64,000 nt of DNA from Armatimonadota bacterium (GTDB taxonomy: Bacteria > Armatimonadota > SYMT01). The notes beneath the pieces are model-generated. The model saw nothing but the letters and a program-made list of their open reading frames with translations, was not told the origin of the DNA and did no database searches. Numbering within the stretch: position 1 is the stretch's first letter; every line of letters begins with the position of its first letter. Positions 56,303 to 64,000 of this stretch are shown here, piece by piece. The translations under genes were made by a program, and so were the position numbers. The DNA lies in NCBI GenBank assembly GCA_041690135.1, contig JAWLHY010000007.1, forward strand, positions 128,001-192,000, read 5' to 3'.

Positions 56303-56614
56303 TCAAGCGTGGAGGACGTTCAGGAGACGCAAGGTCCAGAACATCAGCACGAGGGCCGTCGAGGCCCAGGTCGTCACCTCACTGGCGCGGTTACCCCGGC
56401 GCTGGATGTATAGGGCGTAGTAGGACCGCGCCAGGAGGATTACCGTGAGCACCACCAGTGCCGGTGAAAGCCAGCGGGCCACCAGCGTGGCGGTCGTTCC
56501 GGCCAGGCCCAGAGTGGAGAGCGCGGCCGGAAGCAGGCAGCACTTGAGCGTGCCCAGCGTGGTGACCGCCGCCCCCGCCGCTACGGCCAGCATACTCGAT
56601 AGCTTTTCCTTCAT
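56303..56614 (-). CDS. MerT-like 3-TM metal transport protein
   Basis: Cys-Cys pair in TM1 (LKCCLLP); three hydrophobic segments. Confidence 0.65.
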   Translation of the reverse strand: MKEKLSSMLAVAAGAAVTTLGTLKCCLLPAALSTLGLAGTTATLVARWLSPALVVLTVILLARSYYALYIQRRGNRASEVTTWASTALVLMFWTLRLLNVLHA

Positions 56615-56691
56615 CTTCGAGTTCCAGTTGGACGAACCCGTCCGCAATTCAAAGTTTGCTCCGATCGCGGACGGGGTGGTTACGGTTGTCG

Positions 56692-58032
56692 CTAGGAGAA
56701 GATCTCCGTTGTCACGTCCCCGCCGGGGATCCGCATTTCGTGGCCGCGTGCGGTGCCGAAGTCGACGTAAAAGTCCGGGTCAAGGGTCATACCCCCGTCG
56801 GGATTGCAGTCGATCTTGAGCATCCAGCTCTTCATGTCCGGATAGAACTGGTTGTCCCAGGTGCTGTAGAGGGAGTTGGTGACGTAGAGCCGCCGCCCGT
56901 CCATCGACAACTGGAGCATTTGCGGGCCGCCGTCTAGCTTCCGATCACCGTGCATTACCGGGCCCAGCACGCCGCCGCACCACACCTGTCCGGTGAGGCG
57001 GGGATGCGCGGGGTCGGAGATGTCGTACTGCCGGATGTCCCCGTGGAGCCAATTGCTGAAGTAGAGATAGCGGTCGTCCATCGAAACCAGCAGGTCGGTG
57101 ATGAGCCCCGGAACGGGGAACGGCCAGCCGGGGACTTCCTTGGCCTCGACGTCGATCACTTTCTCCACGTCCCAGCCGCCGTTCTGGGGGAACCACCGCC
57201 ACATGGTGCTGCTGAGGGCGGCGCCCACATAGCCGGTATCGGCATCGGGGTGGTGCAGGAACCGCGACTCCAGCGGGATCATCCCCGCTTCGCCCAGGTC
57301 GACGGACTGGAGATGGTTCCGTTTCTCCAGGTCCCAGAAGTGCAGCCGGTGTCCGTACTTGCCTTCCGTAACGTCCTGGAGGTCGAACCCCTTCTCGAAG
57401 GTGTTGGGGAACGCCCACTCGCTGGAGACCATGGTGTTCTTTCGCGGCTGGTACCAGAAGTCGTACATGAACTCCTGGTCGCCTTTATCGTTCTCCCAGC
57501 GGCCCAGTATGCTGAAGTCCTTGCTGTCGAGCACGGCGAACCCGCCCGGACCATTCCCTTCCGCGTCTCCCAGCATGCTCAGCGTGACGATCCCGCCCGG
57601 CATGCAGTGGACCGTGTGTGGTCGTGAGTAACCGGTCTTCTTGATCAACTCCTCCGGCTCAATGACCTTCGCGATCTGTGGGCGGCGCGGGTCGGCGAGC
57701 ACGTCCAGGATGTGCACCCGGCTGGAACGGAAGCCCGGCACCACCAGGTACTGGCGCTGCAGCCCGCAGCAGTGGTGGGAAGAGCTGCAAGTCTGCCACC
57801 CGAAGTGGTGGAGCTCATCCCCCAGGTTCGGCATCTCCGCGCGGTGGATGAGCTGGGAGTAGGTATCCGAGTCGGGATGCACGTCCACCACTCCCAGGAA
57901 GTCGGGCCGGTCGACACCGGTGCCCGTGTGCAGGCAGCTCACGTAGAGGAACTCTTCGCGGGGGGCTCGGATCGCCTCTTCCGGCGATGCGTAGCCGGGT
58001 CCCGTCGGGCTGTTTTCTGTTGCGCAGGCCAT
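56692..58032 (-). CDS. SBP56 family (selenium-binding protein / methanethiol oxidase-like)
   Basis: GPGYASP, GDELHHFGW, PHTVHC, YDFWYQP, GGPQMLQLS.DGRRLY, WDNQFYP. Confidence 0.93.
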   Translation of the reverse strand: MACATENSPTGPGYASPEEAIRAPREEFLYVSCLHTGTGVDRPDFLGVVDVHPDSDTYSQLIHRAEMPNLGDELHHFGWQTCSSSHHCCGLQRQYLVVPGFRSSRVHILDVLADPRRPQIAKVIEPEELIKKTGYSRPHTVHCMPGGIVTLSMLGDAEGNGPGGFAVLDSKDFSILGRWENDKGDQEFMYDFWYQPRKNTMVSSEWAFPNTFEKGFDLQDVTEGKYGHRLHFWDLEKRNHLQSVDLGEAGMIPLESRFLHHPDADTGYVGAALSSTMWRWFPQNGGWDVEKVIDVEAKEVPGWPFPVPGLITDLLVSMDDRYLYFSNWLHGDIRQYDISDPAHPRLTGQVWCGGVLGPVMHGDRKLDGGPQMLQLSMDGRRLYVTNSLYSTWDNQFYPDMKSWMLKIDCNPDGGMTLDPDFYVDFGTARGHEMRIPGGDVTTEIFS

Positions 58033-58166
58033 CGTTGTCCTACCTTTCGTGCGGTTCAAATCGAGAGCGCGTGCCCTCTGAAGGCTGAAGGCTGAATGCT
58101 ACCGGCCGGGAGCGGCGATACGGATGGGGAAAGCCCCGGCATCCGGGAAGCCGGTGCGGCGTGGGT

Positions 58167-58469
58167 TCACGAGGCCGCCCCGGCCTCCACGGGGTCCTCG
58201 CGGACGACCACCGTCCGCACCACCGGGATGATCTCGTCAGCGACCAAACCCGCCCGTTGCGCGTGGTCCCGGATTGCCTCCGGTCCGGTTGCCTGGTAAA
58301 CGCACACTGTGCCGAGCCGGCCGTCCGGCTCCGTTACTACATAGGAGCGGATCCAACGCACCGTGTCGGGCATCTCCTCGTTGCCGACTCGCGCGGAGCG
58401 ACCCGCGGCGATCTCGAGTTCCTGCGGCGTTCCCCACGCGCTGCGGCGGCGAATCAGGTAAGTTTCCAT
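58167..58469 (-). CDS. DUF4242 family (SCO4226-like nickel-binding) protein
   Basis: VRWIRSYV, TVCVYQA..PEAIRDHA..AGL.ADEI. Confidence 0.8.
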   Translation of the reverse strand: METYLIRRRSAWGTPQELEIAAGRSARVGNEEMPDTVRWIRSYVVTEPDGRLGTVCVYQATGPEAIRDHAQRAGLVADEIIPVVRTVVVREDPVEAGAAS

Positions 58470-58675
58470 TTGCGCATCTCCCTTCTTCAGGCCGGAAGGA
58501 CGTGCGGTCCGGTGAGATCCGGTCCAAGGCGAAACCGCAAGGTGCTGCACGTTCCGCCTCTCACGTGAGGTAGTATAGAGGGGGGAGGGTGGGGTGTCCT
58601 TCGCCCGACCTTACCAAATCCTTACCTGTTTCTCGCGTGCCGGGCGCCGGTCGCCCGGGCGGACGGGCGGATGTA

Positions 58676-60469
58676 ATGGTTTACCGTTTTGCGGACTTTG
58701 AGTTGGACGAGAAGCGCCGGGAGCTGCGCCTGCGTGGCCGGGAAGTGGGCCTGCAGCCGCGGGTGCTCGATCTGCTCCTGTATCTGGTGCGGAACCGCGA
58801 CCGGGTCGTCGGCAAGGAAGAACTGCTGGAGACTCTCTGGTCGGATGTGATTGTGGTGGATGGCGCCCTTCAGCGCGCAATGAGCCTGGCGCGCACTGCC
58901 TTGCAGCAGGGAGGCGCTCGGGACGTCATCCGCACTTACGCGCGCCACGGCTACCGCTTTTGTGGTGAAGTGGAGTGCGAGGACGATGGTCCCGCCTCCG
59001 GCGATGTCGGCGCGCCAGCCACGGCAGATGCGGCATCGCCCCTTTGCCAGGCACGCCGGGCCTATGATCGGGGAGACTGGGAAGAGGCGGTCCATTGCTT
59101 TCGCGAGGTGGACCGGAACGATGGGCTAACTGCCGCCGACCTGGAGCGCTGGGCCCATGCTGGCCGGTGTGCCGGGAGGGAGACGGATGCTGTCGCTCCC
59201 CTGGAACGGGCGGTGACTGCCCATGCCGCCGTAGGCGACCGGGTGGGTGCGGCACGGGCCGCCCTCCTGCTGACGCAAATTCAGCAGGAACAGCGGGAAG
59301 GGGCCGTAGCCCAGGGTTGGCTGAACCGGGCGGCCAACTTCCTCGCAGGGGAGGCGAATTGCCGGGAACACGGGCTGCTGGAGTGGCTTCGGAGCCGGTT
59401 TGCCGCCGCTGAGGGCGCTCTGGAAGAGGCGGCTCGCCGCGCAGAACAGGCCCACGTCCTGGGTCAAAGGATTGGCGATGCCGACCTGGAAGCCCTGAGC
59501 CTTTTGCAGTGGGGTCTCGTCCGGATTGCGCAGGGCGATATTCAGGCGGGGACCGCGCTCCAGGATGAAGCCGGCGCCGCCGCGCTGGGCGAGCAGGTGA
59601 GCCCCTGGGTGGCGTGCACGGTTTACTGCGGCATCGTCTGGGGCTGCCGCAACCGGGCCGATTGGGATCGCGCGGCCCAGTGGACCGAGCAGTACGACCG
59701 CTGGATCGGTCGCGGGCAGCTCGCGCACTTTCCGGGGCTTTGCCGGCTGCACCGCGCCGAGGTGCTGGGGGTGAAGGGCGAGCTGGATGAAGCCGAGCGG
59801 GAAGTGCGCGAGGCATGTGAGATGCTCGCCGTCAATGCTCCCTGGGCGCTGGGGGACGCCTACCGGGTGCTGGGCGAGATGCGGCTTTCCTGCTACGACC
59901 TGCGGAGCGCGGAAGAGGCCTTCCGGCGCGCTTACGAACTGGGCTGGGACCCGCAGCCGGGCTACGCGCAGCTCCACCTCCAGCAGGGGCGCGCCGATGC
60001 GGCAGTCCGGGCGCTCGAGCGTTCCCTGGCCGATACCCGCTGGACCCAGAGCCAGCGCCGGGGGCTCCTCCTCGCCCACCTCGCTATCGCGGCTACCGCG
60101 GCCGGGTACTGTGAACGGGCTACTGCGGCCATGGAGGAGCTGGACGCGAACCCTGACCTCTATGCCACTCCCGCCCTCGCAGCTCTGGTGGAACGCGCGC
60201 GGGCCGAAGTGGCCCTCTGTGAGGCTCGCCAAAACGAAGCAGTGGCCTCCCTCCGGCGCAGTCTGCAGGCCTGGCAGGAGATCGGCGCGCCGCTGCACGT
60301 CGCCACCCTGCGCCTCCGGCTGGTGGAGATCCACATGCAGGACGGAGATCCCGACCTGGCGGAGTTGGAACTGACCGCCGCCGAAGCGGCCTTCCGCAAG
60401 GTAGGCGCAAAGGCCGCGCTGGGGGCGTGCGAGTCGATTCGGAAGACTCACTCTCTGGGCTTCACCTGA
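58676..60469 (+). CDS. Winged-helix (OmpR/Trans_reg_C) + TPR transcriptional regulator
   Basis: YRFADFELD, RVVGKEELLETLW, IRTYARHGYRF followed by helical repeats. Confidence 0.88.
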   Translation: MVYRFADFELDEKRRELRLRGREVGLQPRVLDLLLYLVRNRDRVVGKEELLETLWSDVIVVDGALQRAMSLARTALQQGGARDVIRTYARHGYRFCGEVECEDDGPASGDVGAPATADAASPLCQARRAYDRGDWEEAVHCFREVDRNDGLTAADLERWAHAGRCAGRETDAVAPLERAVTAHAAVGDRVGAARAALLLTQIQQEQREGAVAQGWLNRAANFLAGEANCREHGLLEWLRSRFAAAEGALEEAARRAEQAHVLGQRIGDADLEALSLLQWGLVRIAQGDIQAGTALQDEAGAAALGEQVSPWVACTVYCGIVWGCRNRADWDRAAQWTEQYDRWIGRGQLAHFPGLCRLHRAEVLGVKGELDEAEREVREACEMLAVNAPWALGDAYRVLGEMRLSCYDLRSAEEAFRRAYELGWDPQPGYAQLHLQQGRADAAVRALERSLADTRWTQSQRRGLLLAHLAIAATAAGYCERATAAMEELDANPDLYATPALAALVERARAEVALCEARQNEAVASLRRSLQAWQEIGAPLHVATLRLRLVEIHMQDGDPDLAELELTAAEAAFRKVGAKAALGACESIRKTHSLGFT

Positions 60470-60676
60470 TCAGTCGCCGATTCGCTCGAACCGGAGGCGG
60501 GAGCCCGCGACGGTTTCCACGGTTTCGCTCCACATGCTCTCCGGGCGCGCCCACAGACGGGTCTCACCCTCGCGGTGATAGATGACCAGCGGCTCCTCGG
60601 TTTCGGAGTGGGTGGCGTTTCCGACGACGCGGTAGAGCTTGTCCTTGTAATGCCGGTACAGGCCGGGTTGCACCAT
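60470..60676 (-). CDS. DUF1653 family protein
   Basis: GLYRHYK, ATHSETEE.LVIY, WARP. Confidence 0.85.
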   Translation of the reverse strand: MVQPGLYRHYKDKLYRVVGNATHSETEEPLVIYHREGETRLWARPESMWSETVETVAGSRLRFERIGD

Positions 60677-60697
60677 GGCGATCTCCTTTCCCGTCGT

Positions 60698-61321
60698 TTA
60701 CTTTAGCGGAACGGAGAAGCTAAGGGCGGCTTTGGTCTCTTCCCGCCCGGGAACCCAATGGCAGGACCGGCAGCCGCCCTGGAGAGAAATGGCCTTGGTC
60801 ACCCGGAGACGCCCCGCGCTTATGGCCTCGGTGCGGTCCGCGCCGGCGGTCAATTCCCGGACGGCCTGTTTCTCGAAAGCGTCCACCGGACGGTGATCCG
60901 GGTTCATCAACACTCCGTTGACGGCCAGGAAGCGGGACTGCGGCCAACCCTTCTTGCTCATGATCTCCTGCAGCTTCCGCAGGGGGACCGCCGCCACGAT
61001 CGGCTGCCCGGTGCGGACGGGATACCACCGGTGGATCTCCTCCAGCGTGATCTGATAGGCGTCGTTGAGCATTTCCACCGCCATTCGCGCGTCCTCCGGT
61101 GTCAGAGCGGCAGTAGCGGGAGGGCCAGGCTTGCCGGGACCCGGCACACCAGTCGTGGCGTGGGGACGTTTACCTTCCGGGCGGGACGGCGCCTTCCCTG
61201 CGGACCTCTTTCCAGGTGCAGCAAAGGCGGCAGGCGCCAGGAGCATGGGGGCGAGGACGGCGGCCAAGACTCGGGAAGACACTGCAATTACCTCCAGTCT
61301 CTGGGACGGAGAGAACTCCAC
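60698..61321 (-). CDS. DUF3365 (Tll0287-like) c-type heme protein
   Basis: Signal peptide; MNPDHRP.D.FE; CRSCH. Confidence 0.75.
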   Translation of the reverse strand: MEFSPSQRLEVIAVSSRVLAAVLAPMLLAPAAFAAPGKRSAGKAPSRPEGKRPHATTGVPGPGKPGPPATAALTPEDARMAVEMLNDAYQITLEEIHRWYPVRTGQPIVAAVPLRKLQEIMSKKGWPQSRFLAVNGVLMNPDHRPVDAFEKQAVRELTAGADRTEAISAGRLRVTKAISLQGGCRSCHWVPGREETKAALSFSVPLK

Positions 61322-61415
61322 GATCCGTTGCTGGAGACTTCCGCGGCAGATTGATGACAGGAGGCGGGCGATGCCGGGGCGGAGGCCGGCCCTGCAGCCG
61401 GCCTCCGCTCGCCGG

Positions 61416-62228
61416 CTATCCCTTGGAGAGGCTCATCATGGAGCCGTCCAGGTAGAGGAACTCAGGGTTGGCGGTCTGGTCATTGTCCCCAAAGGGGTAG
61501 ACCGTATGCCGGCTCACCTGGCCATCGACACGTTTGAGCACCAGCGTGTTGCCGCTGAAGTGGTAGGTTCCGGAGGTCTCACTTTCCGACTTCCCGGCTG
61601 CGCTGCCGGCGCTACTTTCGATGGAAGCGCTCCCGATGCTGCCGGAAGAAAAGGTGCCATTCGGGTTGAGCGTCAGGCCACGGGCGGCACCCACGACGGC
61701 GCCGGTTCCCCTGCCGACCGTGGCGCCCCAACTCCAGTGACCCTTCAGCTTCTGACCTGGTTTGAACTGGGGCACGCGGGAGGTAAAGATGCCATCCAAC
61801 TCGAGATCTTTGCCCTTACGCGCGAATTTGCGGGTTTCCGGCTTGCGGCCGCCGCCCCAGGTGAAGGTGATCTTGTCCCCCTCGATGCGGTAGGTGCCGA
61901 CATTCCCCGGCTTTTCCTGCGCCGCTTTCTCCCAGTCGAAGGGGTCAAGACCGCCCTTCGGACCATAGGCGACCTTCCCGTCGTTGGTGAAATACCAGGC
62001 CTCATTCGAGATGGAGAAGGTCGGGTACGAGTAGGTCATCACCCGCAGATACAGCCCTCCAATGCCCGCGGGTTGCGCGGGCACTTTTGCGGTCGGCTTG
62101 ACGGGTGTCTTCTTTGCGGCGGGCCTGGCCGGGCTCTTCTTCGCGGCGGGTTGGGCAACTGCGTTGGAGCCAATCGCCGCGGCGACACCGGCGAGGGCGA
62201 AAACTGCGGAGGCCTGAGAGACTTTCAT
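61416..62228 (-). CDS. Hypothetical exported protein
   Basis: Signal peptide, Lys/Pro/Ala linker, two GTY beta-rich domains. Confidence 0.7.
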   Translation of the reverse strand: MKVSQASAVFALAGVAAAIGSNAVAQPAAKKSPARPAAKKTPVKPTAKVPAQPAGIGGLYLRVMTYSYPTFSISNEAWYFTNDGKVAYGPKGGLDPFDWEKAAQEKPGNVGTYRIEGDKITFTWGGGRKPETRKFARKGKDLELDGIFTSRVPQFKPGQKLKGHWSWGATVGRGTGAVVGAARGLTLNPNGTFSSGSIGSASIESSAGSAAGKSESETSGTYHFSGNTLVLKRVDGQVSRHTVYPFGDNDQTANPEFLYLDGSMMSLSKG

Positions 62229-62403
62229 AACGCATCTCCTCTACTGCATCTTCGGATGCGCGTTAACAGGGATGAGCCGCGCCAGATGGCGCGGGGGTAA
62301 GCCGTAGAAGCTCTACGATACCCCAATATCCCACAGTTTCGCATTCGCGTGCATGTTTCTCCACCACGGTCGGCGATTTCCCATCCCCACTGCAAAACAC
62401 GGC

Positions 62404-62434
62404 AAAAGGCCCGGTCCATATCCGGACCGGGCCT
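62404..62434 (-). terminator. Rho-independent terminator
   Basis: aggcccggtcc-atatcc-ggaccgggcct followed by TTT on the minus strand. Confidence 0.7.
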
Positions 62435-62458
62435 GGCACACACCTTAGCGAGTTCCCG

Positions 62459-62743
62459 CTACTCCCCGCTTGGTGCGGCTGGTGCGCTCGGAGCAGCCGG
62501 CACACTCGGGGCGCTGGGAGCACTGGGAGCACTCGGCTCGCTCGGCACCGGAACCGGCACCACCTGGGTGTCCGGCTGGGAAGGCTGGATGATCGTCGTG
62601 TCATTATCCGGCGCGGGGCTGGCGTCGATCCGCGGCTGCCCCCACACGAACCAGGCGACCAGCGCCAGGATGGCCACCACGGCGATCATGGCCGCCGCCA
62701 TCCAACCCGCACCACTCTCGTTCTCTCTATAGACAACCGGCAT
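62459..62743 (-). CDS. Small single-TM protein with a Pro-Ser-Ala repeat tail
   Basis: AAAGGA RBS; one TM helix; (PSA)n. Confidence 0.7.
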   Translation of the reverse strand: MPVVYRENESGAGWMAAAMIAVVAILALVAWFVWGQPRIDASPAPDNDTTIIQPSQPDTQVVPVPVPSEPSAPSAPSAPSVPAAPSAPAAPSGE

Positions 62744-62835
62744 TTCGGTGTTCCTTTCGCGACTGATTCCACCCCAAGAGGTGGGTTCAGAGGGTGATAC
62801 CCGGCGTCCTGGCTACAGAAACGGGGGGTGCTTGC

Positions 62836-64000
62836 TCAACGGGGAGTCGGGTTTGCCGCGTGCGGTGCCTTCCCGTCGGGGTCTTGCGGAACTTCCAACC
62901 AGCAGATCCTGCGGTCTTCCAGTCCCCAGAGTGTCAACCACTGGAAGAGTTCCTTCCGAACCCGGCGGCGGTCATCAGGAGAGTAGAGGGGCATTTCCAG
63001 AAAGGGCCAGCGCGGAGGTTGGTTGCCTGAGTGGCCGTTGATGGTGGGAATGCCGGTCTCCAGGTAAACCCACAAGGCGTCGACATGGTAACGGTCGGTT
63101 TTGCCCTGGGTAGGAGTGAGAAAGAAGGCGTTGGCGGTCGGGTCGATTTGCCGCGCCAGCGCTCCATCTTCCGCGCGAGCTTGCTGCTTGCTGTAAGAGG
63201 GGATCCACCGTCCTTGCTCCAGTACTCCGAGGGCCAGGCAGGCCAGTAGCAACCCGATCCGCTGCCGCCTCAAGAGGTGCTGTACCACGAATCCCACGCC
63301 CAGGGCGGCAGGAAGCAAGATGATGAAGACCACTCGGTGACACGCCCGCACCGCGTAAGCACCCGGAACGAACAGGAACTGCGCGCGGCAGAGCTCTCGC
63401 TCGTTGGCAAGAACGATTGTGTAGGCGAGGATGGTCAGTGTGACGAGGATGGCCAGGCGGACGGTGGGTCTTTCCCGCTCGCGCCAGAGGCCGAACGCGG
63501 CGGCCACGGTGGTGAGGAGCCCGATGCCGATCGGCTCGGAGCGGAGCACCGTGCCCACGTCGAAGAAGCCGTCCGTCCATCCGTAGCACCAACTCTGCGT
63601 GCCCATATACAACCACGAGGGCCACGAGGGCATGGAGAAGAGCACGTCCATATAGTGGCGTTTGGGCACTTCCCAGCGGGCCTGGAGGTAATGGAGCGCC
63701 ATGGGGTAGAGGGTGAGCCCGGAGGCGGCTGCCACCACCGTCAGCGCCAGCAGGTGTGCTCGCGCAAACGAGACGAGCACTTCTCGATATTCCCGAAGGG
63801 CGAGGGCCCAGAGCAGCGCAACGCCCAATCCCAAAGCTAGAAACCATCCCAGGTAGTAGCAGGCGTAGAACTGAGCGACCACGCACGCACTGAACAGAAA
63901 GATCCAGAGACGTGTCCACGCAGGCCTTTGCGGATCGAGGTGGGACTGGAACGCGAGGGCGAGAAAGTAAACGGCCAGAGGCGCGTAGAACTGCGCCAGT
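62836..64000 (-). CDS. Multi-pass membrane protein (YfhO / GT-C-like), 5' end outside the window
   Basis: Many TM helices; IPTINGHSG motif; frame appears open to the window edge. Confidence 0.65.
   Translation of the reverse strand, partial: LAQFYAPLAVYFLALAFQSHLDPQRPAWTRLWIFLFSACVVAQFYACYYLGWFLALGLGVALLWALALREYREVLVSFARAHLLALTVVAAASGLTLYPMALHYLQARWEVPKRHYMDVLFSMPSWPSWLYMGTQSWCYGWTDGFFDVGTVLRSEPIGIGLLTTVAAAFGLWRERERPTVRLAILVTLTILAYTIVLANERELCRAQFLFVPGAYAVRACHRVVFIILLPAALGVGFVVQHLLRRQRIGLLLACLALGVLEQGRWIPSYSKQQARAEDGALARQIDPTANAFFLTPTQGKTDRYHVDALWVYLETGIPTINGHSGNQPPRWPFLEMPLYSPDDRRRVRKELFQWLTLWGLEDRRICWLEVPQDPDGKAPHAANPTPR

Noticed and set aside
56692-58032. Functional link between SBP56 and the selenoprotein at 4238
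   Set aside because: They are 52 kb apart and SBP56 has no in-frame TGA; the connection is only in the name.

Overview
High-GC bacterial chromosomal window. The gene content (Planctomycete-type PSD1/DUF1501 pair, HAF-repeat protein, Spo0M) suggests Armatimonadota or a PVC-like lineage; this is inference. Most of it is housekeeping or accessory metabolism: BCCT transporter, tRNA-His, pirin, FMN reductase, metallophosphoesterase, UvrD helicase, 5'-nucleotidase, BMP lipoprotein, split pntAB, nth, TauE, infC and SBP56. The standout is a ~12 kb locus at 18.8-31.1 kb. An ECF sigma and a tandem-ZAS anti-sigma precede a Lon-protease/degenerate-TIR/AAA_35 STAND fusion and an AAA_35-WD40 partner, with a second AAA_35-WD40 gene transcribed divergently. 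Each WD40 gene is followed by Cys-rich peptide sequence, and the second set lies inside a perfect 37-bp inverted repeat within a highly foldable ~575-nt element. Also notable are a thioredoxin-fold selenoprotein (UxxC, in-frame TGA, SECIS-like hairpin) that the ORF track missed, an Asn-synthase-like / RaSEA-like radical SAM / halogenase operon, a dispersed DNA repeat inserted in frame in a STAND gene, an ATC start on infC, and two single-base frameshifts. All family calls are by eye from motifs; no searches were run.
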